Shown here: positions 10,092 to 21,896 of the stretch, one piece after another
Layout of the letters: the number at the start of each line of letters is the position of its first letter
Position numbering within the stretch: the first letter of the stretch is position 1
Assembly: GCA_041660605.1 (NCBI GenBank)
Contig: JBAZWB010000002.1
Coordinates: 239,940-303,939 of the forward strand
Source: Patescibacteria group bacterium
GTDB taxonomy: Bacteria > Patescibacteriota > Patescibacteriia > UBA10025 > JAHIVO01
Reading direction: 5' to 3'
DNA: 64,000 nucleotides
Translations under genes and position numbers: made by a program
The notes under the pieces: generated by a model
What the model was told of the DNA's origin: nothing
The model's input: the letters and a program-made list of their open reading frames with translations, nothing else
The model's database searches: none

Positions 10092-11204
10092 CTATGATTC
10101 TTGCGGAGGTAGCGTGATGCCCTCAGGTTCAAATATCACGCAACGTTCGCCTTCCTCGACCCTGCCTACTTCGAGTACTTCATAGCCGGCCAATGTACCT
10201 GCCTCGAGTGCTTTGTCTTTGTCCTGGGGAGAAACGAATATGTAGTAACCGATTCCCCAGTTAAAAGTAGACAAACAATTCTCGATGGAGATGCCGTGCT
10301 CGCGCATGAACTGAAATAGGACAGGAATGTCCCTGACCCAGGAATGAATGCGATAAGTGTAATCGCGCTTATCGAATGCGACCTTGGCCACTCCACCACC
10401 AGTGGCCGGGACCAGAGCATGTATATCTACTTCTGCTCCAAACAATGCTTCGATGAGTGCGACGTACGATCGTGTCGGGATCAAGGCTTCTTCACCGACC
10501 GTTTTACCGCCGGGTACCTTAGTCAGAAACGCCTCCGGCAGCTTCATGACGAGATCAATAACCGGAGAAATACCATTTGCGTGCAGGCCTGTCGATTTAG
10601 CGCCGATGATAATGTCTCCTGGACGGAGCTTCTCGCCGGTAATCAGTCGACTCTTTGGATTAATGACGCCCACCACACACCCACTAAAAGATGGAGCGCT
10701 TTTCACCGGTGGTGCGGCATTGACCAAAAATCTCAATGAAGGGGATTCGCCGGCCGGTATTGCCATGTTGACAAGCTCACACACTTCGTAAAACCCTGCC
10801 AAAAGATCGTCAACTCTCTTGGTATCTGTACCCCATTCGCTGTCACCAGCGGCAATCTCGTCAGTATAGATGATTGGCATCGCGCCTTGTGCAATATTGT
10901 CGTTGACCGCTGCTAAGGCAACATCAATACCGATACCTCGATAGTACGTCAGGCCGGTACCGGCATTCTGATACATCCATTCAGCAATCCAATCTTTGTT
11001 GCCCAGCCCTTCGATAGTCTGACAGAGTAGAACGCCAAGAATCTCATAGACCGCGCCGTGAGCATGCAGCAGATTGCGGTACACCTTCGCTCCCCGTTGA
11101 ACCGGAAAATCAAGTGTTCTTCCACACATGTCGACAATCCTGTCCTTGAAGACTCCTAGCTTATTGTAGTCGACTCCTGCTTGGGCATTTACATTTACTC
11201 CCAT
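10092..11204 (-). CDS. purM: Phosphoribosylformylglycinamidine cyclo-ligase (AIR synthetase), divergent
   Basis: AGVD N-terminus, VNDNIAQGA, STGLHANG, LIPTRSY, TFNWGIG. Confidence 0.88.
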   Translation of the reverse strand: MGVNVNAQAGVDYNKLGVFKDRIVDMCGRTLDFPVQRGAKVYRNLLHAHGAVYEILGVLLCQTIEGLGNKDWIAEWMYQNAGTGLTYYRGIGIDVALAAVNDNIAQGAMPIIYTDEIAAGDSEWGTDTKRVDDLLAGFYEVCELVNMAIPAGESPSLRFLVNAAPPVKSAPSFSGCVVGVINPKSRLITGEKLRPGDIIIGAKSTGLHANGISPVIDLVMKLPEAFLTKVPGGKTVGEEALIPTRSYVALIEALFGAEVDIHALVPATGGGVAKVAFDKRDYTYRIHSWVRDIPVLFQFMREHGISIENCLSTFNWGIGYYIFVSPQDKDKALEAGTLAGYEVLEVGRVEEGERCVIFEPEGITLPPQES

Positions 11205-11353
11205 TACATACCTCTCTTGTTTGAATTGTGAAAAATTTACTGTTTCTGTCTTTATTATGTTTATATTACTTTAACTAATGAGTGCCACGCTGTCAAACAG
11301 CAAAAACCACCAATACAAAAAATCCCTACTCGTTGTACGGAGTGGTATGGATG

Positions 11354-11654
11354 TATTTCTTTTATCAGTGGGCGCAGATGCCCCGCACCATCTCGTTTCA
11401 CTCGAGGTGCGGGATTTCGTCCCCTTCGACTTCGCTCAGGGTCCTCAAGACTCTATTCGTTTTTATCAAAACAAAAATCATCCCCCCACTTTACTTGTCC
11501 CCCGTAGCCCGAATGTAATGGGGGCGAAGGGGGATAAGAGTGGTGCTCTAACTCCCGACCCCGCATGCGGGGTCGAGGATCCCCGAAGTTGTCGAAATCA
11601 TAGATTTCGACAACTTCGGGACAACTGAGTCCCAATGCTCCGGTCGGAACTATG
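11354..11654 (-). pseudogene. Interrupted duplicate of tRNA-Ile(UAU) with several hairpin insertions
   Basis: Collinear fragments of 11707-11780 at 11369-11380, 11413-11417, 11476-11493, 11535-11552, 11622-11629 and 11650-11654. Confidence 0.85.
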
Positions 11655-11706
11655 TATCTAGCCGCTACAAAAATTAAACAGACGACAAATATATTTCTTT
11701 TATCAG

Positions 11707-11780
11707 TGGGCGCAGATGGATTTGAACCATCGACCCCCACTTTATAAGAGTGGTGCTCTAACCAACTGAGCTATGCGCCC
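11707..11780 (-). tRNA. tRNA-Ile, anticodon UAU
   Basis: Minus strand GGGCGCA...TGCGCCC-A; anticodon arm CCACT-CTTATAA-AGTGG; T-loop TTCAAAT; CCA not encoded. Confidence 0.92.
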
Positions 11781-11872
11781 ACTGATAAAACAAATGACAA
11801 TTTAACTTAAAAAACTTATCACAAAAACAGCCAGAAGGTCAACTCATGCCGACTTTAATGACATTATTGGGT

Positions 11873-12883
11873 CTAAACTTTTTTCGCGGTCAGAGCGCCA
11901 AACCATCTCTTGAGCTTGCTTTCAGCTTTTTCGTCAACTAGCTTCAGGAAGATAAGCGTCCAGGCAACATATTGGTATGACACATAAGCTGAACCGATGA
12001 TGGCAATAATGACAAACCAGACGATCACCCCGATAATCGTCGCGGCCGCAAAAACTCCGCCCCAGCCCAATAAAAGCGCGGCCGAACTTATTAAAATAAA
12101 AGGGATTGCGGAAATACCCAGGGCCAATAGAATCACCAGGCCAACGCCTACCCCGATAACTAAAATTACAAAAGCCATCTCTACGCTGATCAGCCAGTTT
12201 TTCTTGAACAGCTCCCATCCCATTTTTACCGATTCCCCCGCCTGCTTGCCCTGGATGACTATATAAGCTACCGCGTATTTAATAATGAAAGAAATTATTA
12301 CTGAAATGGGGACATAGATGAAAAAAATGAGAAAGACAAAAAATAGGCCGCCCAAAATATTATTCCCGCCCAGGAAACTGGCCACCAAAGGAGCGCTCAA
12401 AACGATAAACAAGCCGTACATTATTACTTTGATGACTATATTTATCAACAATACTTTAGAAAAATATTTATTGCCTGACTGGTAGCCGTCCGCGTAGCTG
12501 ATTTTTTTTCCTTTATTGATTTTATTGGCTGAATCAAACAGGGCAATCTGCGAAATTATTGACAGCCAGATTATAACGATCAGCAGAACAACAAACATCA
12601 GCAGCATGAAAAAAGCCTGCCAGGGATATGAACTGAAAAACGCCTTCAGATTATCTGCGAGTGACGAGAGCAATCCTCCCTGGATCAGTGAATTCCAGCT
12701 GAAAATATTGTCGGTTTTTTCCGCCAAACCTGAATAATTTTTGAATACCGACTGGAACTCTCCGCCAGCACTCAGAAAAGCGGCGAAAAAACCGAAGAAC
12801 CATAAAAACCTATGCTGTTTAACCACCGTGAAAGCCTTTTTTAACACTTCACGGTAAGTTGAAAACTTCGGCGTAGTATCCAT
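11873..12883 (-). CDS. Polytopic membrane protein
   Basis: LWFFGFFAAF N-terminus and about 7 TM helices. Confidence 0.8.
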   Translation of the reverse strand: MDTTPKFSTYREVLKKAFTVVKQHRFLWFFGFFAAFLSAGGEFQSVFKNYSGLAEKTDNIFSWNSLIQGGLLSSLADNLKAFFSSYPWQAFFMLLMFVVLLIVIIWLSIISQIALFDSANKINKGKKISYADGYQSGNKYFSKVLLINIVIKVIMYGLFIVLSAPLVASFLGGNNILGGLFFVFLIFFIYVPISVIISFIIKYAVAYIVIQGKQAGESVKMGWELFKKNWLISVEMAFVILVIGVGVGLVILLALGISAIPFILISSAALLLGWGGVFAAATIIGVIVWFVIIAIIGSAYVSYQYVAWTLIFLKLVDEKAESKLKRWFGALTAKKV

Positions 12884-12915
12884 ATTTTTCCTCCTTAAAT
12901 TAATTTTTATTTATT

Positions 12916-14754
12916 TTAAGCTGGTTCAATTACGGATTTTTTGAAGATTGACTCGAATTCCTCTCTCTCGATAGTCTCCTTGACTAAGAGGTGTTTCACG
13001 ATAACCTCTAAATACGGCCTGGTCTTTTTTATTATTTTCCTGGCCTTTTCGTAAGCGTTATTAATCAGCTTGGAAACCTCTTCGTCAATCAACTGGGCGA
13101 CTTTTTCTCCGTAGTCCCGCCGCTCGTGTATCTCGCGCCCGAGAAAAATCATCTCCTCGCGCTGGCCATAGGTGCGCGGGCCCAGTTCATCGCTCATGCC
13201 AAATTCCGTTATCAGCCGCCTGGCTATCTTAGTCGCCTGATTCAGGTCATTGGAAGCGCCGGTAGTGACTTCATGGAAAATTTCCTTCTCAGCCGCGTGG
13301 CCGGCCAATAAAACAGACAATTCATCGATAAAATAGGACTTAGCATACATATGCCTGTCCTCAACCGGCATTTTCAGGGTATAGCCGGCCGCCTGGCCCC
13401 GGGAAATAATGGATATTTTGTGCACCGGATCGGCATTGGGCAGCTGATGCGCCACTAAGGCGTGGCCGGCCTCGTGATATGCAGTAATGGTTTTTTCTTT
13501 CTTGGACATAACCCTGCTTTTCCGTTCCGGGCCGAGCATAACTTTTTCAATGCTCTCCAGGCAGTCTGTTTGCGTTATTGTTTTCTGATTGTGCCTGGCG
13601 GCCATTAAAGCGGCTTCATTCAGCAAATTAGCCAGGTCAGCGCCGGAAAATCCCGGTGTTCTTTCCGCCACAACGCGCAGATTGACGTCTGCTGCAAACG
13701 GTTTTTTGCGGCTGTGAACTTTTAAAATTTCCTCTCTGTCCTGTATATCCGGATCATCCAGCACCACGCGGCGGTCAAAGCGTCCCGGCCGAAGCAACGC
13801 CGGATCCAGTACGTCCGGCCTGTTGGTGGCGGCCATGACTATGACATTGGTATCGGTATCAAAACCGTCCATTTCCACTAAAATTTGATTCAATGTCTGC
13901 TCACGCTCATCATGTGAACCGCCGAGGCCAGCACCGCGCTGGCGACCGACCGCATCAATTTCATCCACAAAAACTATGCAGGGGGCGGCTTTCTTAGCCC
14001 TTTTGAACAAATCCCGCACGCGAGAGGCGCCAACGCCAACGAACATTTCCACGAATTCCGAGCCAGACATATGGAAAAAGGGGACATTGGCTTCTCCGGC
14101 TACTGCTTTGGCCAATAAAGTCTTGCCTGTTCCGGGAGAACCAATCAGCAATACGCCCTTGGGGATACGAGCTCCCAATGCTAGAAATTTTGAAGGATTT
14201 TTCAAAAAATCAATGACTTCCAGCAATTCCACCTTGGCTTCTTTTACGCCAGCGACGTCTTTAAAAGTAACCCGGTCGCGCTTTGTGAAAGTCTTCTGCT
14301 CGCGGGCGTTGCTCTGACCAAAAGACATGGCTTTGGTATTGGCTCCCTGCACCTGGCGCATCATAAACCAGAAAAAAGCCACGATCAGCAGAAACGGCAG
14401 CAGAAAAGGCAGGATAGCTCCCAGCCAATAACTGAAGCCCGAGGCTTGTTCAATGGCGACATCCACATTTTTTAGCTTAGCCGGATCTATCTTATAATCC
14501 GAGACAAGCGAACTCAGGGTATCATTGCTTTCTTTGTAGGAAATTTCCTGCGTACCATCATTCAGCGTTAATGAAAGCTTATCGCCGTTGATTTCTATCT
14601 TTTTTACCTGCTCCTGATTAACGCTATCGATTACTGCGGAAATGCTAACTGTTTTTGGCTTATCAAAATTACTGGAAAAAAGGCTGAAGACGCCCATAAC
14701 CACCAAAAATACCACGAAGAAAATCAAAAAATTTTTTAACAGATTTTTTCCCAT
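12916..14754 (-). CDS. ftsH: ATP-dependent zinc metalloprotease FtsH
   Basis: 2 [20 protein letters not shown] motif, HEAGH. Confidence 0.98.
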   Translation of the reverse strand: MGKNLLKNFLIFFVVFLVVMGVFSLFSSNFDKPKTVSISAVIDSVNQEQVKKIEINGDKLSLTLNDGTQEISYKESNDTLSSLVSDYKIDPAKLKNVDVAIEQASGFSYWLGAILPFLLPFLLIVAFFWFMMRQVQGANTKAMSFGQSNAREQKTFTKRDRVTFKDVAGVKEAKVELLEVIDFLKNPSKFLALGARIPKGVLLIGSPGTGKTLLAKAVAGEANVPFFHMSGSEFVEMFVGVGASRVRDLFKRAKKAAPCIVFVDEIDAVGRQRGAGLGGSHDEREQTLNQILVEMDGFDTDTNVIVMAATNRPDVLDPALLRPGRFDRRVVLDDPDIQDREEILKVHSRKKPFAADVNLRVVAERTPGFSGADLANLLNEAALMAARHNQKTITQTDCLESIEKVMLGPERKSRVMSKKEKTITAYHEAGHALVAHQLPNADPVHKISIISRGQAAGYTLKMPVEDRHMYAKSYFIDELSVLLAGHAAEKEIFHEVTTGASNDLNQATKIARRLITEFGMSDELGPRTYGQREEMIFLGREIHERRDYGEKVAQLIDEEVSKLINNAYEKARKIIKKTRPYLEVIVKHLLVKETIEREEFESIFKKSVIEPA

Positions 14755-14897
14755 AGATATGTTATACGAGATATAAAATTAATAAATCAATTTATATTAT
14801 AACCTAAAACTCCAATTTTCGCAAACTGCAGAATCGGACATTAATAAAATCCCAAATCGAGTAAAATTGCGCCCCTAGCACCCCTAATAATGGTTGA

Positions 14898-16127
14898 TTA
14901 CTTTTTATCTTCCTTTGGCTTCTCTTCCGCGAGCTTCTCGTCTTTTGGCTTTTCCTTGGCAGGCTTTTCTTCTGCTGGTTTGACTTCCGCCGGCTTCTCT
15001 TCCACGGGCTTCTTGGCCGGGGCATCTTTTTTTTCACCTACGGCTTTCAAAGAAAGGCCCAGCCGGTGATTATCCGGCTCAATGGATAAAATTTTAAATT
15101 TATATTCTTTGCCTTCGGCCACCACCTCTGAGGGATTATTGATCCTTTCTTTTGATAATTCCGAAATATGCGCCAAGCCATGGATGTCCCTGTCCAATTC
15201 TACAAAAATACCAAAAGGATTTATTTTCAGCACTTTTCCCTCTACCACCTGGCCTATCGAATATTTTTTCATGGCAATCTGCCATGGATCCTGCTTCAAG
15301 GCTTTCAGAGAAAGTGAAATGCGCGAGCGGTCTATGCTGATTATTTTCGCCTTTACCTTGTCGGCGACCTTCACATAATCTCCCGGATTATCAATGCGCT
15401 GCCAGGCCAGTTCGGAGATATGCACCAAGCCCTCCAGCCCGTCGCCAAATTCGATAAACGCACCGAAATCGACTACACCCGTCACCACCCCTTCAACTAT
15501 ATCCCCGACTTTGTACTTAGAAATCACCTTCTGCTGCTTTTCTTCCCAGGCGGCCTTTTCTGAAACAATGAGCTTGTTATCCGCTTCATCAACGTCAATC
15601 ACCTTGACCTTGAATTCCTGATTGATGAATTTATTCAGAATTTCCAGTATCTTATTTTTATCACCACCTTCAACGCGCGGATAATGCTCTACGGTTAACT
15701 GTGAGACCGGCAAAAAACCGTCAATGCGCCCAATGGTGACCATCAAACCGCCCTTGTTTGCTTCAGTTATCGGGACGCTGATAATCTCACCCTTGGCCAT
15801 CAAATCGGTAAGATTCTGCCAGGCTTTCTGATGTCCGGCCTGGCGGAAAGATAATTCCATCTCGCCTTTTTCGTTTTCAATTTCCAGCACCGTCGCCTGG
15901 ACTTTATCGCCCACCTTCAAATCAGTGTACGCGCCGGACTCGTCAATTATTTCACGCCCGCGCACCACGCCGGAGGTCAGGCCGGCAACATCCAGATGTG
16001 CTTCGTTATTTGAGACCCCTAAAACGGTTGCCTCAACTACATCGCCGACTTTTGGTATAACCGGCTGATCAGGCCTGGCCAAAAGCTCGTCCATTTTTGA
16101 CTTTGATATTTTGTCTGTTTCGTTCAT
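14898..16127 (-). CDS. rpsA: 30S ribosomal protein S1 (short, 4 S1 domains)
   Basis: Repeated S1 motifs (FGAFIE, GLVHISEL, GLAHISEL); Lys/Glu/Pro-rich tail. Confidence 0.9.
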   Translation of the reverse strand: MNETDKISKSKMDELLARPDQPVIPKVGDVVEATVLGVSNNEAHLDVAGLTSGVVRGREIIDESGAYTDLKVGDKVQATVLEIENEKGEMELSFRQAGHQKAWQNLTDLMAKGEIISVPITEANKGGLMVTIGRIDGFLPVSQLTVEHYPRVEGGDKNKILEILNKFINQEFKVKVIDVDEADNKLIVSEKAAWEEKQQKVISKYKVGDIVEGVVTGVVDFGAFIEFGDGLEGLVHISELAWQRIDNPGDYVKVADKVKAKIISIDRSRISLSLKALKQDPWQIAMKKYSIGQVVEGKVLKINPFGIFVELDRDIHGLAHISELSKERINNPSEVVAEGKEYKFKILSIEPDNHRLGLSLKAVGEKKDAPAKKPVEEKPAEVKPAEEKPAKEKPKDEKLAEEKPKEDKK

Positions 16128-16354
16128 ATTTTTAGAAATAAAAAAAGGGGGTTAACCCATACTCCAAAATTTTGAGGTATGAGCCCCATTTCCGACCAGA
16201 GCCTGGCCAAAATAGGGACAAATTAGCTTATTTAGTATTTGCCTTATTTTACTCTATTAATAAATTTTTGGCAAGTGCAATGATTGCGCGCCGGGAAATA
16301 ATAGATTGTAACTATGCGGAATTAATATATAATGATAATGAAAAGACAAATCCT

Positions 16355-17467
16355 ATGGCCAAAGCCTATTTACCTCGCTTAAAAGTCGGCACGGCAAAAG
16401 ATATCGTTAAAAGCATTATTTCCACGCCTGCCGGGAAAAAAATCAGCGACTCAAAATTCAAAAGCTTCCTGAAAAACGACAAGGGCCTCAGGAAGTATTC
16501 CTATCTGAAAAAAGAGTCCCATCTGACCAAGTTACAGACAAAAAAATTCTTCAGTCAGGCGGTAAAATCAGTGAGCGACAGCAAGCAGCTGAAGATAGGC
16601 AGGCTGACTCAGAAAAGAATCGGCATCAAGCTGGATAAAAACGGCCAGCTAAGCACTCTGGGCCTGAAAAAAATATACGAGAGAGCCGCTGCCCAGGAAA
16701 TCGAAAGCTCGAAGCCGACCGGCCCAAGCCCGGAAGAGGTAGAAAGGCAGAAAAGACGGGAAACGGCGATACAGACTCTGCATAAAAGAGACCGGGCCGA
16801 TGAAGTGGCCGCAGATGCCAAAAATACCCAACCAAATGCCGGCAACACGCAGAATAAAGTACCCGCTCCGATTAACCGCCAGCCTATTACCAGCGGCCGC
16901 ACCGCTACTGGCAGTCAGGCGCAGAAACAGGGTGCTACTATCAACGACAACGTCGCCAGCCAAAAAAATTCTGCCGTTTCCCGGCCTCAGAAAAAAATCC
17001 CGCTGCTGCTGCTGCCAATTTATAACCTTTCCTTAAATAAAGCCGAAGCTGAACAGCTGACCAGGAAGACCGATCAGGTCCTGCAGTCAGCCATCCGTGG
17101 TTTTGGCATATTTAACATTATTTCAAATACGGAAATCGATCAGGCACTGGACAGTCTGGGGCTGAAAGAGCTGCCGGGCTACCGGGACGATGATTTAATT
17201 AATTCCTTGGCTGATCGCACCTCAGCTCAGCTTTATATTTTTGGATACTGCAATAAAAATGGCGATCAGGTTGAAATAAAAATTTACCTGGTAAACTCCC
17301 AGAATGGCAAAAAAATTGAATTATCAAGCATCAGGGGAGAAATGCGCGATTTATTCGAAATAGAAAGAAGAATAAACTGGCAAATTAATAATTCACTGAA
17401 ATCAGAAAAAGAAGAGGCCAGTGGCGGCAATGATACCCCAAAAAGAGCCGTGGATTTACCGATTTAA
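16355..17467 (+). CDS. Hypothetical protein; C-terminal domain possibly CsgG/TolB-N-like
   Basis: Lys-rich N-terminus, low-complexity linker, C-terminal alpha/beta pattern (LLLPIYN...YIFGY...IKIYLVNSQNG). Confidence 0.55.
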   Translation: MAKAYLPRLKVGTAKDIVKSIISTPAGKKISDSKFKSFLKNDKGLRKYSYLKKESHLTKLQTKKFFSQAVKSVSDSKQLKIGRLTQKRIGIKLDKNGQLSTLGLKKIYERAAAQEIESSKPTGPSPEEVERQKRRETAIQTLHKRDRADEVAADAKNTQPNAGNTQNKVPAPINRQPITSGRTATGSQAQKQGATINDNVASQKNSAVSRPQKKIPLLLLPIYNLSLNKAEAEQLTRKTDQVLQSAIRGFGIFNIISNTEIDQALDSLGLKELPGYRDDDLINSLADRTSAQLYIFGYCNKNGDQVEIKIYLVNSQNGKKIELSSIRGEMRDLFEIERRINWQINNSLKSEKEEASGGNDTPKRAVDLPI

Positions 17468-17562
17468 CGCTATTTTTTAAACAATTTTCATTCTCCGGCC
17501 TCTTTACTGGAGGCAATAATAATGTTAATATAAACCTACTTATTAATTAAACTTTTGGTTAT

Positions 17563-18198
17563 ATGCACTTAACTTGGTTGGGTCAAGCCTGTTTTAAAAT
17601 ACAGGGCAAGGACGTTACAATAATTACCGATCCATTTGATCAAAAAATCGGATTAAAGCTTCCCCGGCTGCAGGCCAACATAGTAACGGTCAGCCATGAT
17701 CACTACGACCATAATAATATTGAAGCCGTCAAGGGCGACCCTTTTGTTATAACCCAACTGGGAGAATATGAAATAAAAAAAGTATTCATCCGCGGCATCA
17801 GTTCCTGGCACGACGACAAACAGGGCGCAGAGAGAGGAAGGAACATAATTTACACTTTCAATTTTGAAGATATAAAAATTGTCCATTTGGGCGATCTCGG
17901 CGCCAAACTGGACGATGAACAGCTGGATAAAATCGAGGATGTCGACATACTCCTCATACCGGTTGGCGGCATCTACACTCTAAACGGCAAACAAGCGGCA
18001 GAGCTGGTCAATGAAATAGAACCGCGAATTGTCGTCCCCATGCATTACAAGATTCCCGACCTGAAAGAAAAATTGAACAGCCTGGATGCCTTCTGCAATG
18101 AGATGGGCGTAAAAAACTATAACGCGGAAGAAAAATTAAAAATATCCAAACGCGATTTGCCGGCGGATGAAACAAAAGTGGTTGTTTTAAAAGTTTAA
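17563..18198 (+). CDS. Metallo-beta-lactamase-fold hydrolase
   Basis: SHDHYDH, HLGD and PMHY motifs. Confidence 0.92.
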   Translation: MHLTWLGQACFKIQGKDVTIITDPFDQKIGLKLPRLQANIVTVSHDHYDHNNIEAVKGDPFVITQLGEYEIKKVFIRGISSWHDDKQGAERGRNIIYTFNFEDIKIVHLGDLGAKLDDEQLDKIEDVDILLIPVGGIYTLNGKQAAELVNEIEPRIVVPMHYKIPDLKEKLNSLDAFCNEMGVKNYNAEEKLKISKRDLPADETKVVVLKV

Positions 18199-18201
18199 TC
18201 T

Positions 18202-18666
18202 ATGGCCCCCTTAGACGGCATTACAGCCCCAAAAAATTTAAAAAGAATCCCCCCAAAAGCAAAGAATAATCGGAAGCAGCGCGGTGTTAAATTTAACGAA
18301 CCGAAAAAAAATCCCGAGCCAAAACTTATTAAGGAAACAAAGCCGGTCAAATCTTTACAGCCCGGCAAGCCTGCCAGCAAAGAAAAAACTATGTGGCTGC
18401 TGGTGGTCATAATTGCCGCGGTCATATTCGTCGGCTGGATATTCGCCTTCCCATATATTACGAAAACAAATTCGGATAAATCAAGCTACTTCGACCAGGT
18501 CGGCAGCAAGCTGGATAGTCTCTGGAATAACATCAAGGTGGATCTGCTGAACATCAAAGAAACGGTCAATAATAATTCAAATACAAACGTTAATTCCCAG
18601 CCAGCCAGCCCTGACAATCTGGAACAGAGGATATTCCCGCAGTTTAAAGATCCCAACAACCAATAA
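18202..18666 (+). CDS. Single-pass membrane hypothetical protein
   Basis: One TM helix; tightly packed between the MBL gene and gyrA. Confidence 0.7.
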   Translation: MAPLDGITAPKNLKRIPPKAKNNRKQRGVKFNEPKKNPEPKLIKETKPVKSLQPGKPASKEKTMWLLVVIIAAVIFVGWIFAFPYITKTNSDKSSYFDQVGSKLDSLWNNIKVDLLNIKETVNNNSNTNVNSQPASPDNLEQRIFPQFKDPNNQ

Positions 18667-18668
18667 AC

Positions 18669-21161
18669 ATGCCCAATATTACCAAAAAACAAACCCCTAA
18701 ACCGGCAGATGACGATAAGCCTAAAACCTACAAAACAGAGGATCGGCAAATAATTCAGGAAATGCAGGAATCATATCTGGATTATGCCATGTCGGTCATC
18801 ATTTCGCGTGCCTTACCGGATGTACGCGACGGCATGAAACCGGTGCACCGGAGAATCCTGTATGCGATGTGGAGCGTCGGACTGCGCGCCAACGTAAAAT
18901 TCCGGAAATCAGCTACGGTAGTCGGTGAAGTTCTGGGCAAATACCACCCGCACGGCGATGCGGCTGTTTATGATTCGATGGCCAGAATGGCCCAGGATTT
19001 TTCCATGCGCTATATGCTGGTCAACGGGCAGGGAAATTTCGGTTCAATGGACGGCGACTCACCGGCAGCCATGCGCTATACCGAAGCCAAGCTCTCCAGA
19101 ATTTCCGAGGAGCTGATGTTTGACATTGATAAAAACACCGTTGACTTCATACCCAACTACGACGGTTCGCATCAGGAGCCCAGGGTTCTCCCGTCCAAAC
19201 TGCCGAATCTGCTTTTGAACGGCACGATGGGCATTGCCGTGGGCATGGCGACTTCGATCCCGCCACACAATCTGACGGAAATAATCGACGGCACTGTCCA
19301 TCTGATTGATAATCCCGACGCGTCCATCAATGATCTGATGAAATTCGTCAAAGGTCCGGATTTCCCGACCGGCGGAATTATTTATAACCATAAAGATATC
19401 GAACAAGCGTATGGCACCGGCAAAGGCTCTATCGTCATACGGGGCAAAGCGGAGATTGTCGAGGTGAAAACCGGGGTTTTCCATATTATCATCACTGAAA
19501 TACCCTACCAGGTGAATAAAGCCACGATGATTACGCACATTGCCGAGCTGGTGCAGGAGAAAAAACTGGAAGGCATCAGGGATCTAAGGGACGAATCTGA
19601 CAAAGACGGCGTACGGATCGTCATTGAATTGAAAAAAGACGCTTACCCGAAAAAAGTTCTGAATAAATTATATACCTTAACCAATCTGCAGACCTCTTTC
19701 CACGTGAACATGCTGGCCCTGGTGGACGGTATCCAGCCGCGGGTACTCAACCTGAAAACAATTTTTGAGGAATACATCAAGCACCGCCAGGTAGTGGTTA
19801 GGCGCAGGACGCAGTTTGACCTGGATCGTGCCGAAGATCGGGCGCACATCCTGAAAGGCCTGAAAAAAGCCGTTGATAACATCAACGCGGTTATCCGGGT
19901 AATCAAAGCCTCGAAAGACAAGGATCAGGCCAAGGTCAATCTCATTAAATCATTCAAATTTACCGACAAGCAAGCGGTAGCTATCCTGGAAATGCGCCTT
20001 TCGCAGCTGGCCAACCTGGAAAGGCTGAGGATTGAAGAGGAATTGAAGGAAAAAATAAAATTAATTGCAGAATTGAAAGCTATCCTAGGCTCGCCGAAAA
20101 AAATATTGGGAGTGATCAAAAAAGAACTGCAGGAAATAAAAGAAAAATTCGGCGATGGAAGGAGAACCGAAGTCAGCCCCAATCCCGTGGGCGAATTCAC
20201 CCAGGAAGACCTGATTCCCAATGAAGCGACAGTCATCATGGTGACCCTCGACGGATATATTAAAAGGGTGCCGCCGGAAACTTTTAAAGTCCAGAAGCGC
20301 GGCGGCCGGGGAGTCATCGGCCTGACGACCAAAGAGCAGGATACGGTTGACCGGTTGATTACCACCACGACTCACGCTGATTTGCTTTTCTTCACCAGCA
20401 AAGGCCGGGTTTTCCAGCTGAAAGCCTATGACGTGCCTTCCGCCTCTAGAACCGCCAAAGGCCAGGCGATCGTCAATTTCCTCCAGCTCGGGCAAAATGA
20501 AAAAGTATCAGCCGTCATGTCCCTGGAAGAGTTGGGCGACTACAAATACCTGGTTATGGTAACGCATAAAAGCATCATTAAAAAAGTTGACATAGCGGAC
20601 TTCCATGAAGTACGCCGGTCCGGGCTGATCGCCATCAAGCTGAAAGGCGACGATCAGCTGGAACGGGTTAAGCCGTCATCCGGCAGTGACGATATTATCC
20701 TGGTTACCGGAAACGGCCAGTCCATCAGATTCAAGGAAAAACAGGTCAGGCCGATGGGCCGCAACGCCGCCGGCGTCAGGGCCATCAAGCTGAAAGGCGA
20801 CGATTATATCGCCGGTCTGGATCTCATCAATGACGGCAAAGCGGAGCAGAATGAACAGCTGCTGGTGGTCATGGAAAACGGCTACGGCAAAAGATCCGGC
20901 CTAAAAAATTACCGCCTCCAGGGACGCGGCGGCTCCGGCGTCAGGACCGCTAAAATCACGCCAAAAACCGGAAAAGCCGTAGCTGCTTTTATCGTCAACG
21001 CTAAATTGGAGAAAGAAGACGTAATTATCATCTCCGTCAAAGGCCAGGTCATCAGGCTGCCGCTGAAATCCGTTTCCGTGCTCGGCCGCGCCACGCAGGG
21101 CGTCAGGCTGATGCGCTTCTCGGAAGCGGGAGACAAAGTCGCCAGCGTGACGTTTGTGTAA
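18669..21161 (+). CDS. gyrA: DNA gyrase subunit A
   Basis: [13 protein letters not shown] catalytic Tyr, GyrA-box QKRGGRG, C-terminal pinwheel repeats. Confidence 0.98.
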   Translation: MPNITKKQTPKPADDDKPKTYKTEDRQIIQEMQESYLDYAMSVIISRALPDVRDGMKPVHRRILYAMWSVGLRANVKFRKSATVVGEVLGKYHPHGDAAVYDSMARMAQDFSMRYMLVNGQGNFGSMDGDSPAAMRYTEAKLSRISEELMFDIDKNTVDFIPNYDGSHQEPRVLPSKLPNLLLNGTMGIAVGMATSIPPHNLTEIIDGTVHLIDNPDASINDLMKFVKGPDFPTGGIIYNHKDIEQAYGTGKGSIVIRGKAEIVEVKTGVFHIIITEIPYQVNKATMITHIAELVQEKKLEGIRDLRDESDKDGVRIVIELKKDAYPKKVLNKLYTLTNLQTSFHVNMLALVDGIQPRVLNLKTIFEEYIKHRQVVVRRRTQFDLDRAEDRAHILKGLKKAVDNINAVIRVIKASKDKDQAKVNLIKSFKFTDKQAVAILEMRLSQLANLERLRIEEELKEKIKLIAELKAILGSPKKILGVIKKELQEIKEKFGDGRRTEVSPNPVGEFTQEDLIPNEATVIMVTLDGYIKRVPPETFKVQKRGGRGVIGLTTKEQDTVDRLITTTTHADLLFFTSKGRVFQLKAYDVPSASRTAKGQAIVNFLQLGQNEKVSAVMSLEELGDYKYLVMVTHKSIIKKVDIADFHEVRRSGLIAIKLKGDDQLERVKPSSGSDDIILVTGNGQSIRFKEKQVRPMGRNAAGVRAIKLKGDDYIAGLDLINDGKAEQNEQLLVVMENGYGKRSGLKNYRLQGRGGSGVRTAKITPKTGKAVAAFIVNAKLEKEDVIIISVKGQVIRLPLKSVSVLGRATQGVRLMRFSEAGDKVASVTFV

Positions 21162-21179
21162 AATATTATAATAAAAAAA

Positions 21180-21208
21180 TAAACCGCTCCCAGCTGGGGG
21201 CGGTTTTG
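21180..21208. terminator. Probable bidirectional terminator
   Basis: AAACCGCTCCCAGCTGGGGGCGGTTT between convergent genes. Confidence 0.65.
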
Positions 21209-21224
21209 CCTTGTAAACGGAAAA

Positions 21225-21896
21225 TTATTTTCGGTCTAGATCAATTTTCCGTTTGAACTTTTTTATCCTTTCGCCAATCATATCCGAAGACGTATGTGTG
21301 GTCTGAAAAAAATCCAGCATAAACTTATCTCCACCAAGCACAGCCTGTACCCCCAAATCGTCATCTGCTGTTGATACCAACCCGAGGTTCAAACTCGCCG
21401 AATATTTTTCATTTGCCATGAGCAGACATCCAATCCAATACGGAGTCTCCCCGGATACATCCTGAACATAACTGCTAGCCTGACAATTAAAGGGGTTTGG
21501 GCCTAATTTCCTGGCGAATAATGTATACCGAAGCATCTGATACAGCTCAAGATCAAATTGCTCTCGCGCGTACGGTTCTGAGTTTTCTAGCCGCCGACTA
21601 AAGTTACGCGAAATACCGCATCTGGCGCACTCCACTTTATATCCGGCAATCCCCTCGGAACCTGCATTGGGATATTGTTTTAATATCGGAGTAAGCACCA
21701 GCGGGCCTTCACACTTTACGGAAAGTGAAATCTCGGCCATGCTATTAGTCGAAGCGATATTCCAGTGGGTTCCCAGTCGAATAGCTTTCCCACCAAACAA
21801 TTTGGTGTGTCTTCCGAATCCTACCGGGATAATGATATTTTCTCCCTTTACCCGATAAAGTTCAGGAATGTTGCGCATAATGACTCCTTCCGCCAT
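21225..21896 (-). CDS. Hypothetical protein with CxxC
   Basis: 223 aa ORF; ECARCG. Confidence 0.55.
   Translation of the reverse strand: MAEGVIMRNIPELYRVKGENIIIPVGFGRHTKLFGGKAIRLGTHWNIASTNSMAEISLSVKCEGPLVLTPILKQYPNAGSEGIAGYKVECARCGISRNFSRRLENSEPYAREQFDLELYQMLRYTLFARKLGPNPFNCQASSYVQDVSGETPYWIGCLLMANEKYSASLNLGLVSTADDDLGVQAVLGGDKFMLDFFQTTHTSSDMIGERIKKFKRKIDLDRK

Noticed and set aside
11205-11350. Purine or ZTP riboswitch upstream of purM
   Set aside because: Only a terminator-like hairpin and a TTGACA promoter-like sequence are seen; no aptamer consensus.
11354-11654. tRNA introns or split tRNAs as the explanation of the interrupted copies
   Set aside because: An intact gene is adjacent in every case, several copies lack ends or arms, and the inserts are far too short for group I/II introns and show no consistent bulge-helix-bulge.
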